This document shows positions 45,639-55,354 of a stretch of DNA of 64,000 bases, in pieces. The stretch comes from Clostridiales bacterium. GTDB taxonomy: Bacteria; Bacillota; Clostridia; Christensenellales; Aristaeellaceae. The number at the start of each line of letters is the position of its first letter. Positions within the stretch are counted from its first letter, which is position 1. The notes beneath the pieces were generated by a model. That model was not told where the DNA came from. It worked only from the letters and a program-made list of their open reading frames with translations, and ran no database searches. The stretch covers positions 31,561-95,560 of the forward strand of contig SFET01000007.1 in the NCBI GenBank assembly GCA_004557125.1, written 5' to 3'. Made by a program: the position numbers and the translations under genes.

Positions 45639-46613
45639 TTGAGCAGATTTATTGAAGCAAGCGGAAAGACCGTGAAGGACGCGATCCAGAACGGCCTGAA
45701 GGAGCTTGGTTGCACGAATGACGAGGTCGAAACCACAGTAATTGACATGGGCAGCCCCGGACTGTTCGGCATGTTCGGCAAGCCTGCCAAGGTTCGTCTG
45801 ACCGTCAAGGAGGACGATCATTCCTTCGACATTGAAATGCCCGTGTTCACCCTGGACCAGCCCGCGCAGGGCCGCAAGCGCGAAAAGAAGCGCGAGAGCA
45901 AGCCCGCGAAGGCCGAGCAGAGCGCCCCCAAGGCGGCGCCGGCGAAGAAGGCTGAGAAGGTCGAGGAGCCCGTGGCCGAAGTCAAGGACGAGCCCGTCCA
46001 GGAGGAAAGTGCCGCCGAGGCGAAGCCTGAAAAGAGCGAAAAGCGCAGATCGCGCAATCGCAAGGAGCGCAGCAAGGAAAACCGCGAGCCCAGGCCCGAG
46101 CCTGTGACCGTGGCGGCGCCTGCCGAGCCCGCGGAACCCTTTGTGGCCACCGCTGAGGAGGAGCTGAGCGACACCGCCAAGGGCGCGCGCGACTTCCTGA
46201 AGGGCCTGACGGACCGCATGGGCGTGCCCACCGACATTGAGGTGAGTGATTCTCCCGAGCAGTTGAAGATGCAGCTCTCCGGCGAGAACATGAGCATTCT
46301 GATCGGCCGCCGGGGCGAAACCCTGGATGCGCTGCAGTATCTCACCAGCCTGAACGTCAATCGGGGCCGCGAGGAGTACCTGCGCGTGTCCCTGGATACC
46401 GAGAACTATCGGGCCAAGCGCGAGGAGGCGCTGCGCAAGCTGGCCGTTCGCATGGCCAACCGCGCAAAGAAGAGCGGCCGCCGCGTCGCCCTGGAGCCCA
46501 TGAACCCCAACGAGCGCCGCATTCTGCACTCTGCGCTGCAGAACGATCCGGAGGTCACCACGCACTCTGAGGGTGAGGAACCCTACCGCCGCGTGATCAT
46601 CACGCTGAAGTGA
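45639..46613 (+). CDS. jag: Jag/KhpB (SpoIIIJ-associated) RNA-binding protein with a K/E/P/A-rich insertion
   Basis: TTG start. Jag_N (..FIEASGKTVKDAIQNGLKELG..), KH-like region, and R3H (..ERRILHSALQNDPEVTTHSEGEEPYRRVII..). Confidence 0.88.
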   Translation: MSRFIEASGKTVKDAIQNGLKELGCTNDEVETTVIDMGSPGLFGMFGKPAKVRLTVKEDDHSFDIEMPVFTLDQPAQGRKREKKRESKPAKAEQSAPKAAPAKKAEKVEEPVAEVKDEPVQEESAAEAKPEKSEKRRSRNRKERSKENREPRPEPVTVAAPAEPAEPFVATAEEELSDTAKGARDFLKGLTDRMGVPTDIEVSDSPEQLKMQLSGENMSILIGRRGETLDALQYLTSLNVNRGREEYLRVSLDTENYRAKREEALRKLAVRMANRAKKSGRRVALEPMNPNERRILHSALQNDPEVTTHSEGEEPYRRVIITLK

Positions 46614-46627
46614 TCGAAGGGCTGCGA

Positions 46628-46660
46628 AAGTCCATCCTGCTTGCAGGATGGACTTTTGTT
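46628..46660 (+). terminator. Intrinsic terminator after jag
   Basis: 13-bp stem aagtccatcctgc/gcaggatggactt followed by ttttgttg. Confidence 0.85.
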
Positions 46661-46905
46661 GTCTGGAGGGGACGTCGATGGATGGGCATGGGGTATCGGC
46701 TGTACGTTCGGGCGCCGTCTGAATCCGGTTGCAGGAAGCACGGACAGCAATACCGCGCAGTCAGGAGAAGCGCCGGTTGCGTGTGTTTGCTGGGATTGCT
46801 CGGATTGAGGATTGTCATGAAAGGGTGGGATCGGATGTGTCTGCGCACCCGGTGCTGAACGGTCTGAGCGCGGGTTGCATGGCTGTGGGTTCAATCTATG
46901 GACAG

Positions 46906-46935
46906 AAAACCCCCGCTCCATACGGAACGGGGGTG
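46906..46935 (-). terminator. Terminator of the sugar ABC operon
   Basis: ccccc g.../...cggggg hairpin, with a T-run on the minus strand (aaaa at 46906-46909). Confidence 0.5.
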
Positions 46936-46954
46936 CAATTGTATCTGTGGGAGA

Positions 46955-47812
46955 TCAGCCCTTGACCGCGCCTGCAACCATGCCCTTGATGATGTACTTC
47001 TGAAGGAAGAGGTAGAGCACGATGATGGGCAGGATCGAGAGCACCAGCATGGCCATCATTGCGCCCATGTCCACCGAGCCGTAGCCGCCCTTCAGATACT
47101 GAATGGCGATCGGGATGGTCTTGTACTTCTTCAGGTTCAGCACAAGGTAGGGCAGCAGGTAGTCGTTCCAGATCCACATGGTCTCCAGAATCGCGGTGGT
47201 CACGTAGGTGGGCTGCAGGATGGGCATCACGATGGAGAAGAAGGTGCGCACCGGCGTGCAGCCGTCTACCATGGCGCTCTCTTCGATTTCAATCGGGCAG
47301 GACTTCATATATCCGCAGAACATGAACACCGCAAGGCCTGCGCCGAAGCCCAGATACACGATCGGGATCGTGAAGGGCGTGTTCAGCTTGAGGTAGTCGG
47401 CCGTCTTGGAGAGGGTGAACATCACCATCTGGAAGGGCACGACCATCGAGAACAGGCAGAGGTAGTACACGCTGCGGGTGAGCTTCGTGCGCACGCGGCA
47501 GATGAACCAGGCGCACATGGAGGTGCACAGCAGGATCAGAATCACGGAAAGGATCGTGATGATCAGGCTGTTGACAAAGGAATCAAAGAAATTGATCTTC
47601 GTGAGGCCGTTGGTATAGTTCTCCCAGCCGACGAAGGTCTTTGCATTCGGCAGGGCGAAGGGCAGGCGGCTGATGAAGGCTTTCTTCTTGAAGGAATTGA
47701 ACAGCACCAGCAGCAGCGGGTAGATATAGGCGATGGAGATCACGGAGAAGATGAGCGTCAGGATCCAGCTGCCCTTCTTCTGCGGAACTTTCACTTTCTT
47801 TGCGCGGGCCAT
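46955..47812 (-). CDS. Carbohydrate ABC transporter permease (MalG/CUT1-type)
   Basis: 6 TM helices. EAA-loop ..IEESAMVDGC.PVRTFF.IV.P... Confidence 0.88.
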   Translation of the reverse strand: MARAKKVKVPQKKGSWILTLIFSVISIAYIYPLLLVLFNSFKKKAFISRLPFALPNAKTFVGWENYTNGLTKINFFDSFVNSLIITILSVILILLCTSMCAWFICRVRTKLTRSVYYLCLFSMVVPFQMVMFTLSKTADYLKLNTPFTIPIVYLGFGAGLAVFMFCGYMKSCPIEIEESAMVDGCTPVRTFFSIVMPILQPTYVTTAILETMWIWNDYLLPYLVLNLKKYKTIPIAIQYLKGGYGSVDMGAMMAMLVLSILPIIVLYLFLQKYIIKGMVAGAVKG

Positions 47813-48661
47813 TTACTGCTGCACCTCCTTGCGATTGGTGAGACGCATCTGCACCATGGCAATCATGGCCACGATGATCGTAAAGACCACGGCCTTCGCC
47901 TGACCAGCGCCCTCCCAGCCGTTGCGGCCGTAGAAGGTCTCGTAGATGTCCAGCGCCAGCAGCTTGAGCTTGCCGCTGGACTCCGCGCTCAGCAGCGCCA
48001 GGTTCTGGTCGAAGAGCTTGAAGGAGTTGGTCAGCGTCAGGAAGGTGCAGATGGTGATGGAGGGCATGACCATCGGAATCTTGATCTTGAACAGCGTCTG
48101 CAGCGGCGTTGCGCCGTCGATGGACGCGGCCTCGATCAGATCATCCGGGATGCTCTGCAGGCCGGCGATGTAGATGATCATCATGTAGCCCGCCTGTTGC
48201 CACAGCATCAGCACCGTCAGGCCCCAGAAGCCGTAGGCCTCGGAGTAGACCAGCGTGCGCCCGAATTTGTCCAGAATGCCGGTGAGCAGCAGGTTCCAGA
48301 TCCAGCCCAGCACGATGCCGCCGATCAGGTTCGGCATGAAGAACACCGTGCGGAACAGGTTGGTGCCCCGGAAGCCGCGCACCAGCAGCAGCGCCAGCAC
48401 AAAGCCGAACACGTTGATCAGGATGACGTTGACCACCGTGAACAGCGAGGTGAGCCACAGCGAATGCAGGAAATTGGAGCTGGGATCGGTGAAGACCCTG
48501 ATATAGTTTGCCAGTCCGACAAACTGCGCATCCGTGACCGTTGTAAAATTGCAGAACGAGAGATAGATGCCCATGATAAAGGGAATCAAAAACCCGATCA
48601 GAAAGGCAAGCATGGTTGGCAACACGAAAATCGGCCAATACTTGCGCATGGATTTCTCCAT
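47813..48661 (-). CDS. Carbohydrate ABC transporter permease (MalF/UgpA-type)
   Basis: CAGGAGG RBS before the ATG at 48661. EAA-loop ..LIEAASIDGATPLQTLFKIKIP... Confidence 0.88.
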   Translation of the reverse strand: MEKSMRKYWPIFVLPTMLAFLIGFLIPFIMGIYLSFCNFTTVTDAQFVGLANYIRVFTDPSSNFLHSLWLTSLFTVVNVILINVFGFVLALLLVRGFRGTNLFRTVFFMPNLIGGIVLGWIWNLLLTGILDKFGRTLVYSEAYGFWGLTVLMLWQQAGYMMIIYIAGLQSIPDDLIEAASIDGATPLQTLFKIKIPMVMPSITICTFLTLTNSFKLFDQNLALLSAESSGKLKLLALDIYETFYGRNGWEGAGQAKAVVFTIIVAMIAMVQMRLTNRKEVQQ

Positions 48662-48869
48662 AGAACCAACCTCCTGTTTGGCATTCTGCACTTGTCCGGC
48701 AGGCCATATCCGCTTCCGATATATCCGGGAGCGCATATCGCATGCCGCCCTGAACGCCTTCCTGCTCCACAGTTTCGCTCGCTCAAAATCAGCAGAGCAG
48801 GATGCGGCGCGGTTTACGCCGCATCCTGCTGCCGGTCAATCCCGCATGGGATCACCGTTCCTGTGCGGA

Positions 48870-50135
48870 TCAGGAATTTGCAGCCGCGTACTCGGTGGCC
48901 CAGCCGTCAACGAAGGCGGTGACGACCGCGTCCCAATCACCGGTGCCCTGAGCATAGTCGGTCAGAGCAGCGCCAACGCCGTTCTTCCAGGTCTCAGAGG
49001 GCATGGTGGTGAAGTTCCAGGTCACGGGAGTCTTGCCGGAGGCGACGGACTCGGCGGCAACCTGCTTGAAGTAGTTGGTGGACGGCTTGGCAGCCTTGAA
49101 GGGGATGTCGAAGCCCATGGTGTCCGCCAGGGTGGTGGTGCCGGTCTCGGAGGTCACGAGCCAGTACAGGAAGTCCAGGGTGGCCTGGATGTCGGCCTCG
49201 GAAGCCTGGGCGTTGACGCACAGGAAGTTCTCGGTGCCGGTGCACAGGCCCTGATTCTCTTCGCCCTCAACGCCGATGTAGATGGGCAGCATGGTCAGGT
49301 TCTCGTCCGGGATGTACTCGGAGATCGCGCCGTACTCCCAGTCGCCATTCTGGAAGAACACGGCCTCTTCGAGCTGGAACTCAGCCTCGGCGTCGGAACC
49401 GGTCTTGGCAGCCAGCGCGGTGGGCTCGCAGGTGGCGTTGTTGATATACAGATCCCAGATGGCCTTGTAGTTGTCCAGATAGGTGCCCTTGATGGCATCG
49501 GTGGAGGTGATGCCGTCCGCCAGATACTCGTAGTAGATGGGCATGTTGGCCAGGTGGGTCTTGAAGCGCCAGTCAGAGGAGGAATCCATGCCGGCGGAGG
49601 TGAAGGCGGAGAAGCCCAGCTCGTCCTTGCGGGCGGTGATGTCCTCGGCGACGGCCTTCAGGGTCTCGAAGTTGGTGATGTCAGCCACGGTGTAGCCGGC
49701 CTTCTCCAGCAGAGCGGTGTTGGTGATGAGGCCGTAGGTCTCGGTCAGGTAGGCAATGCCCAGAACTGCGTCGCCGTCCTTCAGCGCGAAGGCGTCGCTG
49801 GTCAGCTCGCCGTAGAAGGCGGAGCCGGACATGTCATAGCAGTAGTCCTTCCAGGTGTTCAGACCCACGGGGCCGTTGACCTGGAACAGGGTGGGGGCTT
49901 CGGTCTTGGCGATCTCGGACTTCAGGGTGTCCTCGTAGGTGCCGGAAGCGGCGGTGATGACGGTCATCTCAACGCCGGTCTCCTCGGTGTAGGCAGCGGC
50001 CAGGGCTTCCCACGCCTCAGCGACTTCGGGCTTGAAGTTGAGGTAGTAGATGGAACCGGTTTCCTCTGCGCCGGCGACGGATGCCAGAGACAGAACCAGC
50101 GCCAGGGTCAGAACCAGAGCAGCAAGTTTCTTCAT
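48870..50135 (-). CDS. Extracellular solute-binding protein (family 1) of the sugar ABC importer
   Basis: Signal peptide MKKLAALVLTLALVLSLASVAGA, then a typical SBP_bac_1-like sequence. Confidence 0.85.
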   Translation of the reverse strand: MKKLAALVLTLALVLSLASVAGAEETGSIYYLNFKPEVAEAWEALAAAYTEETGVEMTVITAASGTYEDTLKSEIAKTEAPTLFQVNGPVGLNTWKDYCYDMSGSAFYGELTSDAFALKDGDAVLGIAYLTETYGLITNTALLEKAGYTVADITNFETLKAVAEDITARKDELGFSAFTSAGMDSSSDWRFKTHLANMPIYYEYLADGITSTDAIKGTYLDNYKAIWDLYINNATCEPTALAAKTGSDAEAEFQLEEAVFFQNGDWEYGAISEYIPDENLTMLPIYIGVEGEENQGLCTGTENFLCVNAQASEADIQATLDFLYWLVTSETGTTTLADTMGFDIPFKAAKPSTNYFKQVAAESVASGKTPVTWNFTTMPSETWKNGVGAALTDYAQGTGDWDAVVTAFVDGWATEYAAANS

Positions 50136-50268
50136 GTTGTTTCTCCTTTCAGGATTGCCATTGCACTTGGGAATGACGAAATTCCCATAACGTAATTTTA
50201 GCGCAATCTGCCCAATTTGTCAACGGGAAATCGTCAGTTTTTTGAAATATGTGCACAGGTTTTATCTG

Positions 50269-51708
50269 TCAATCAACGTTATCGTAATCCTGCACCGTCG
50301 ACTGGATCGTTCCCGTGGCCTCCTTTTTGTGCCGGTCCAGCTGGGCCAGCGCCCGGGGATTGTGCGTGAGGCTCGCCGGACCGCCCACGCAGCCGTTCTT
50401 GCAGGCCATGCCCTCGATGAAATTCTGCTTGAGCTTGCCGGAGCGGGTGATGGTCAGCAGCTTTCTGCATTCCGCAAGGCCGTCGCCGATGGCGGGATCG
50501 AGGTTGAACTGCTCTGCCGCCACGCCCTGCTCGTTCAGGGCTTCGCGCACGGCCTCCGCCAGACCGCCGCAGCGGGCAAAGCCGCGGCCGAAGGGAGACA
50601 CGCTGCGCATGTCGGCATTCTCGCACGCGGCGGGATCCACATTGCGCGCACCGAACATGGCCTGCATCTCCTCGAAGGTCAGGCTGTAATCCACATATTC
50701 GCTGGCGCGGGTGTTCATGGCCTCGCTCTTCTTGGCGATGCAGGGGCCGATGAACACCACCTTGGCGGTGGGATCCTTCTCCTTCAGGCGGCGGGCAATG
50801 GCGGCCATGGGGGAGAGGGTGTGGGAGACGTAGTTCTTCAGATTCGGGAACTCCTGCTCCACGAAGCTGACGAAGGCGGGGCAGCAGCTGGAAGTGAGGA
50901 AGCCCTTTTCGGCAAGCTCACCGGCCTCCTCCCAGGCGGTGAGATCGGCGCCCTCGGCGGCCTCGGCAACAAAGTAGAAGCCCAGCTTCACCAGGGCCGT
51001 GACCAGCTGGCCCACCTGCAGCTTGGGGTACTGGGTGGCGATGGAGGGCGCGATGACGGCGTAGACGTGGTACTTGCGGTTCTCATCGGACTGACGGATC
51101 AGGCGGATGACGTCCGTGATGTAGGATTCATCGGTGATTGCGCCGAAGGGGCAGCGGTACACGCACGCGCCGCAGGAGACGCACTTCTCCTCGTTGATGC
51201 GGGCCTTGCGGGAGTCGGGATCGATCTCGATGGCGCGGGTCTTGCAGGCCTCCACGCAGGGGCGCACCACGCGCACGATGGCGGAGTAGGAGCAGGCGTT
51301 GAGGCACTGGCCGCACTCCACGCACTTGGTCTTGTCGATCTGGGCGCGCAGGTTGACGATGGAGATGGCGCCCTTGGGACAGGTGTTGGCGCAGTAGCGG
51401 GCGATGCAGCCGTGGCAGGAGTGGGTCACCTGGATGCCCTCGATGGGACATTCGTCGCAGGCGATGGGCAGCACGCGCACGTTGCGCCGGCTGTGGCCGC
51501 CCGCACCGATGGCTGCCGCCACGCGCTGGTTGATGATGGCGCGCTCCTTGTAGATGCAGCAGCGCATGGTGGGCTTGCCCTCGGGAATGATCTCCTCGGG
51601 AATGCTGAGCATGTTCTCCGGCAGCAGCTGGTCCGCGTAGGCCAGCTCGGCCACCTTCTTGAGCACCTTGTACTTGATTTCCTGTACGGAAGTTTCAAAG
51701 AACGGCAT
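50269..51708 (-). CDS. [FeFe]-hydrogenase catalytic-domain protein with N-terminal 4Fe-4S ferredoxin-like clusters
   Basis: H-cluster motifs L1 TSSCCPAF, L2 GPCIAKKSE, L3 EGMACKNGCVGGP. Several CxxCxxCxxxCP ferredoxin motifs. Confidence 0.85.
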   Translation of the reverse strand: MPFFETSVQEIKYKVLKKVAELAYADQLLPENMLSIPEEIIPEGKPTMRCCIYKERAIINQRVAAAIGAGGHSRRNVRVLPIACDECPIEGIQVTHSCHGCIARYCANTCPKGAISIVNLRAQIDKTKCVECGQCLNACSYSAIVRVVRPCVEACKTRAIEIDPDSRKARINEEKCVSCGACVYRCPFGAITDESYITDVIRLIRQSDENRKYHVYAVIAPSIATQYPKLQVGQLVTALVKLGFYFVAEAAEGADLTAWEEAGELAEKGFLTSSCCPAFVSFVEQEFPNLKNYVSHTLSPMAAIARRLKEKDPTAKVVFIGPCIAKKSEAMNTRASEYVDYSLTFEEMQAMFGARNVDPAACENADMRSVSPFGRGFARCGGLAEAVREALNEQGVAAEQFNLDPAIGDGLAECRKLLTITRSGKLKQNFIEGMACKNGCVGGPASLTHNPRALAQLDRHKKEATGTIQSTVQDYDNVD

Positions 51709-51852
51709 GATGGAATTCCTCCTTCACCGTGAAAACCCCATGTGGCTGCACATGGGGGTCGTCGGATTGTAAGCTGTACGGTTTAAAATTCGGGCCGGGA
51801 GGCTTGAATTCCTTCCCGGCCCATAGGATTCTGAAGATTTAATTTGTGGAAA

Positions 51853-54800
51853 TCACGGATTGAGATTCAACTCCTGATACAGGAGGTAGTTGAGCGTTGC
51901 CTCGTCGATGGAGCTGTCCATCGCGGGATCGATCACCGTCAGATTCGCGCCGTAGAGCTCGTTGACCTTCATCTGGAAGGCGGCGACGGCCTCCAGCGTG
52001 GCGGCGTCCAGCACGCCGGGCTCGGCGTTGTCGGCATTGATCAGGCCGTACTTGTACAGCGCCCACTGCACGCTCTGAATGTCGTTCGGATCGCTGGCGG
52101 CGTCGATGTAGGTGAGCTGTTCGCTGCCGGAATCCGCCGGGACGTCCGGCTCCACGGGTGCTTCGGGTTCGGCCGCGCCGGGCACACCGAAGACCAGCTG
52201 ATTCCACACTGCGTCGGCTTCGCTGCCGCCCAAGGGAACCGCGCCCACCGTGAGACGCCACAGGCCCGGACCCTTCAGGGAGAGCAGGTAGTCCGTCTCG
52301 ACGGTCTTGCCGGTGTCGTTGGTGGAGCCGAGGGAATAATCGGTGCCGTCCTCGTAGCTCAGCGTGGCGATGTAGTGATCCACGTCGCCCTCGGCCATCC
52401 AGCTGAAGATGATGCTGGAGCCGCTGATGTAGGTCACGCCGTTCTCCTGGTAGACCGAGGAGCCGATGTTGATGACGGGCGCGTTGACGCTGGGCGCGCG
52501 GGTGGGCTCGGGCGTGGGCTCCTGGGTGGGCTCCGCGGTGGCTGCGGCCGGTCGGGCCAGCTGAATCGTCTGCCAGACGATGTCAGCTTCGCCGCCGTTT
52601 TCCGGCAGCGCACCCACGCGCAGGGTGTAGGTCTTGCCGGGGGACATGTCCTTGCTGTTGACGGTCATCTCCGTCTTTGTGGTGGCGTCCGTGCTGTTGA
52701 TGAGGTTGTTGTCCTCGTCGTAGAGGTAGATGGAGTAGCCCGCTGCGCCGGAGGCGCCCCAGGTGATGCTGAACTTGCCGCTGTCGGGCACTTCGATGAT
52801 GCTGCCGTCGCTGCTCATGCCATTCACCTGCACGCGGAAGTCCTCCACGGTGCCGACGGCCGGCTGCTCGGGCTCCGGCGCGGATGTTTCAACGGGCGCA
52901 TCGGTGGCAGAAGCGCCGCCGATGGTCCATTCGTTGCTGTAACAGTACTCCAGGTACTGCAGCGTCAGCGCGTCGCACACGCCGGTGACCTCCAGCACCT
53001 GTTCGCCCTTCTCCTGGTTGACCCACTGCTGGAAGGCGACGACGGCGCTGACGGTTCCGTTGCCATAGCTGCCGTCCACATCGGCGGGGGTCAGCAGGCC
53101 CACGGCGGAGAGCATCTCCTGCACGTAGCGGATGGATTCCTTCGGAGAGGAGCCGTCCACGACGATGTTGCCGCCCTCGCTGTAATCGGGATCCTCCTCG
53201 GGCGCCACGGTGGGTTCCTCGGTGGGAACCGGCGTGGGCTCGGGCGTGGGCGCCTCGGTGGGCGCCTGGGTGGCGTACGCCGCGCCGATGTTCCAGCCGT
53301 TGTCGGAGCAGTACTCCAGGTACTGCAGCGTCAGCGCGTCGCAGATGCCGGTGACCTCCAGCACCCCGCTGCCCTTCTCCTGGTTGACCCACTGCTGGAA
53401 GAGCACGACGGCGTTGATGGTCCGGTTGCCGTAGTTGCCGTCCACGTCGGAGGACTTCAGCAGGCCCACGGTGGAGAGCATCTCCTGCACGTAGCGGATG
53501 GACTCCTTCGGCGAGGAGGCGTCCACGAGGTTGTTGTCCTCGGTGTAATCGGGATCCTCCACGGGGGCCACGGTGGGCTCCTCGGTGGGAACCTGCGTGG
53601 GAACCTGCGTGGGCGCTTGCGTGGGAACCTGCGTCGGCGCCTGGGTTGCGGTGGATACCTTCATGCCGTTTTCCACACAGTAGCGCAGGTACTGCTGGGT
53701 CAGCAGATCGCACTCGCCGGTGACGGCCAGGGTCTCCACGCCGCGGTTTTCGTTGACGTACTGCTGGAAGGCCTTCACGGCGGCGGTGGTTCCCTTGCCG
53801 TACTTGCCGTCCACGTCGCTGGACTTGAGCAGACCCACGGCCTCCAGCAGCTCCTGCATCTGGGTGATCTCCGCCCTGGAGGAGGAGCTGTTGATGGTGC
53901 CGCTGCCCTGCGGGGTGTTCATGGGCTTGGGGGTGGCCGTCGCGGTGGGTGCGGGCGTGGGCGTGGCCGCCTGCTGCTCCAGCCACCAGTCGACGTAGTA
54001 GTCCAGATAGGTCTGGGTCAGCTCGTCCACCACGCCGTCCACGTTCAGCGCGTTGTAGCCCTGCAGCTGGTTGACGCGGATCTGGAAGTTCTTCACCGCG
54101 GTGGTGGTGCTGGAGCCGAACACGCCGTCGGCGCTGCCCTCGGGCAGCAGGCCCAGCGCGATGAGCTGCTGCTGGAGGCCGCGGATGGCCGACTTGGAGG
54201 AGCCGGCGTTGATCACGCCCTTGTCGGGCGCGGCGGTCACCAGCGGCTTCGGCGTGGGCGTGGGCTTGGTGAGGGACACGGAGGAGTTGTACAGCCACTG
54301 CAGGGTCTTCTGGCCCGCAATGCCGTCCACGGCGAGCTTCTTCGCCGGGGAGCAGTTCTCGTTGACGTAGGTCTGGAAGTCCTTCACCGCCTGCTTGGTG
54401 GCGGCGTCGTACTTGCCGGTCACGTTGGAGCTGCTCAGCCAGCCCAGCTTCACCAGGGTTTTCTGCAGAGAGGTGACGTCGGTGGTGCTGGAGGAGTTGT
54501 TGACGGTGTCATACTTTTCCTCGGTGATGATGGTGGGCTTCTTCGTGGGCGTGGCAGCCTGTTGCTGCTGCTGGTTGTATTCCTTCTCAACGTCGCCGTT
54601 GTAGGTGTAGTCCATCCACGAGAGCTCCGGATCCACCAGCGCCGCGAAGGTGGCGGTGGCATAGGGCGTGGGCGTGGGCGTCGAGAGCGGCATCCAGGTG
54701 GTGTCGGTCGCCACGGTGGCCAGGGGATTTTCGATGGTCACGTCGTCCGGGTCGCTCATGGAGTTGAGGAACAGCACCAGGCCCAGGGCGATCACCAGCA

Positions 54801-55317
54801 CCACGGCGGCCGCGATGCAGATGTAGAGCACGATCTTCTTGCGATGATCGGCCTCGTCCAGATCGTCGTCGACTTCGTCCTCGTGGGAGGGGGCTGCGCC
54901 GTTCTTGCGCTGGGCGATGTAAGCCGTGCCGTTCTCCTCGAAGTAGAAGTGGCGCTTCTTGGGATCCTCCACGCTCTCCACGCTGGCGCGCAGCTTCTGC
55001 ATGCCGGCCTCGAAGGCGTCCTCCATGCCGGCGATGGGCACGACGCTGCCGTCGTTGAGGCGCTCGGCGCAGTTGCGGGGCAGGTATTCGCGGATGCGGA
55101 TGATGCCGCCGCGCTTGGTGTCCAGCGCGGTGTACACGATGCCGCCCGAATCCTGGCCCAGGGCGCGACCCACCAGGAAGCGGTCGCGGTACACCAGGGT
55201 GCCCGGCAGCATCTGAATTTGCGGAACCGCGGCGCGCGCGTCCTTGCCGCAGTGCGGGCAGATGCTCTCGCCGTTCAGGTCCTGAAAGCAGTACATGCAC
55301 AGATTTTCGTATGCCAT
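51853..55317 (-). CDS. Large membrane protein: zinc-ribbon plus kinase-N-lobe-like cytoplasmic head, one TM, six PG_binding_1-like repeats, two Ig/FN3-like modules
   Basis: AAAGGAG lies 8 nt before the ATG at 55317. CMYC..CPHC zinc ribbon. TM is IVLYICIAAAVVLVIALGLVLFL. Six units of the type ..S..I..(L/V)Q..L...G(L/W)L......G.(Y/F)...T..AV..FQ... Confidence 0.8.
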   Translation of the reverse strand: MAYENLCMYCFQDLNGESICPHCGKDARAAVPQIQMLPGTLVYRDRFLVGRALGQDSGGIVYTALDTKRGGIIRIREYLPRNCAERLNDGSVVPIAGMEDAFEAGMQKLRASVESVEDPKKRHFYFEENGTAYIAQRKNGAAPSHEDEVDDDLDEADHRKKIVLYICIAAAVVLVIALGLVLFLNSMSDPDDVTIENPLATVATDTTWMPLSTPTPTPYATATFAALVDPELSWMDYTYNGDVEKEYNQQQQQAATPTKKPTIITEEKYDTVNNSSSTTDVTSLQKTLVKLGWLSSSNVTGKYDAATKQAVKDFQTYVNENCSPAKKLAVDGIAGQKTLQWLYNSSVSLTKPTPTPKPLVTAAPDKGVINAGSSKSAIRGLQQQLIALGLLPEGSADGVFGSSTTTAVKNFQIRVNQLQGYNALNVDGVVDELTQTYLDYYVDWWLEQQAATPTPAPTATATPKPMNTPQGSGTINSSSSRAEITQMQELLEAVGLLKSSDVDGKYGKGTTAAVKAFQQYVNENRGVETLAVTGECDLLTQQYLRYCVENGMKVSTATQAPTQVPTQAPTQVPTQVPTEEPTVAPVEDPDYTEDNNLVDASSPKESIRYVQEMLSTVGLLKSSDVDGNYGNRTINAVVLFQQWVNQEKGSGVLEVTGICDALTLQYLEYCSDNGWNIGAAYATQAPTEAPTPEPTPVPTEEPTVAPEEDPDYSEGGNIVVDGSSPKESIRYVQEMLSAVGLLTPADVDGSYGNGTVSAVVAFQQWVNQEKGEQVLEVTGVCDALTLQYLEYCYSNEWTIGGASATDAPVETSAPEPEQPAVGTVEDFRVQVNGMSSDGSIIEVPDSGKFSITWGASGAAGYSIYLYDEDNNLINSTDATTKTEMTVNSKDMSPGKTYTLRVGALPENGGEADIVWQTIQLARPAAATAEPTQEPTPEPTRAPSVNAPVINIGSSVYQENGVTYISGSSIIFSWMAEGDVDHYIATLSYEDGTDYSLGSTNDTGKTVETDYLLSLKGPGLWRLTVGAVPLGGSEADAVWNQLVFGVPGAAEPEAPVEPDVPADSGSEQLTYIDAASDPNDIQSVQWALYKYGLINADNAEPGVLDAATLEAVAAFQMKVNELYGANLTVIDPAMDSSIDEATLNYLLYQELNLNP

Positions 55318-55354
55318 ATTTTCCACTCCTTTGGCGGGGAATTCGGGGGTAGAA

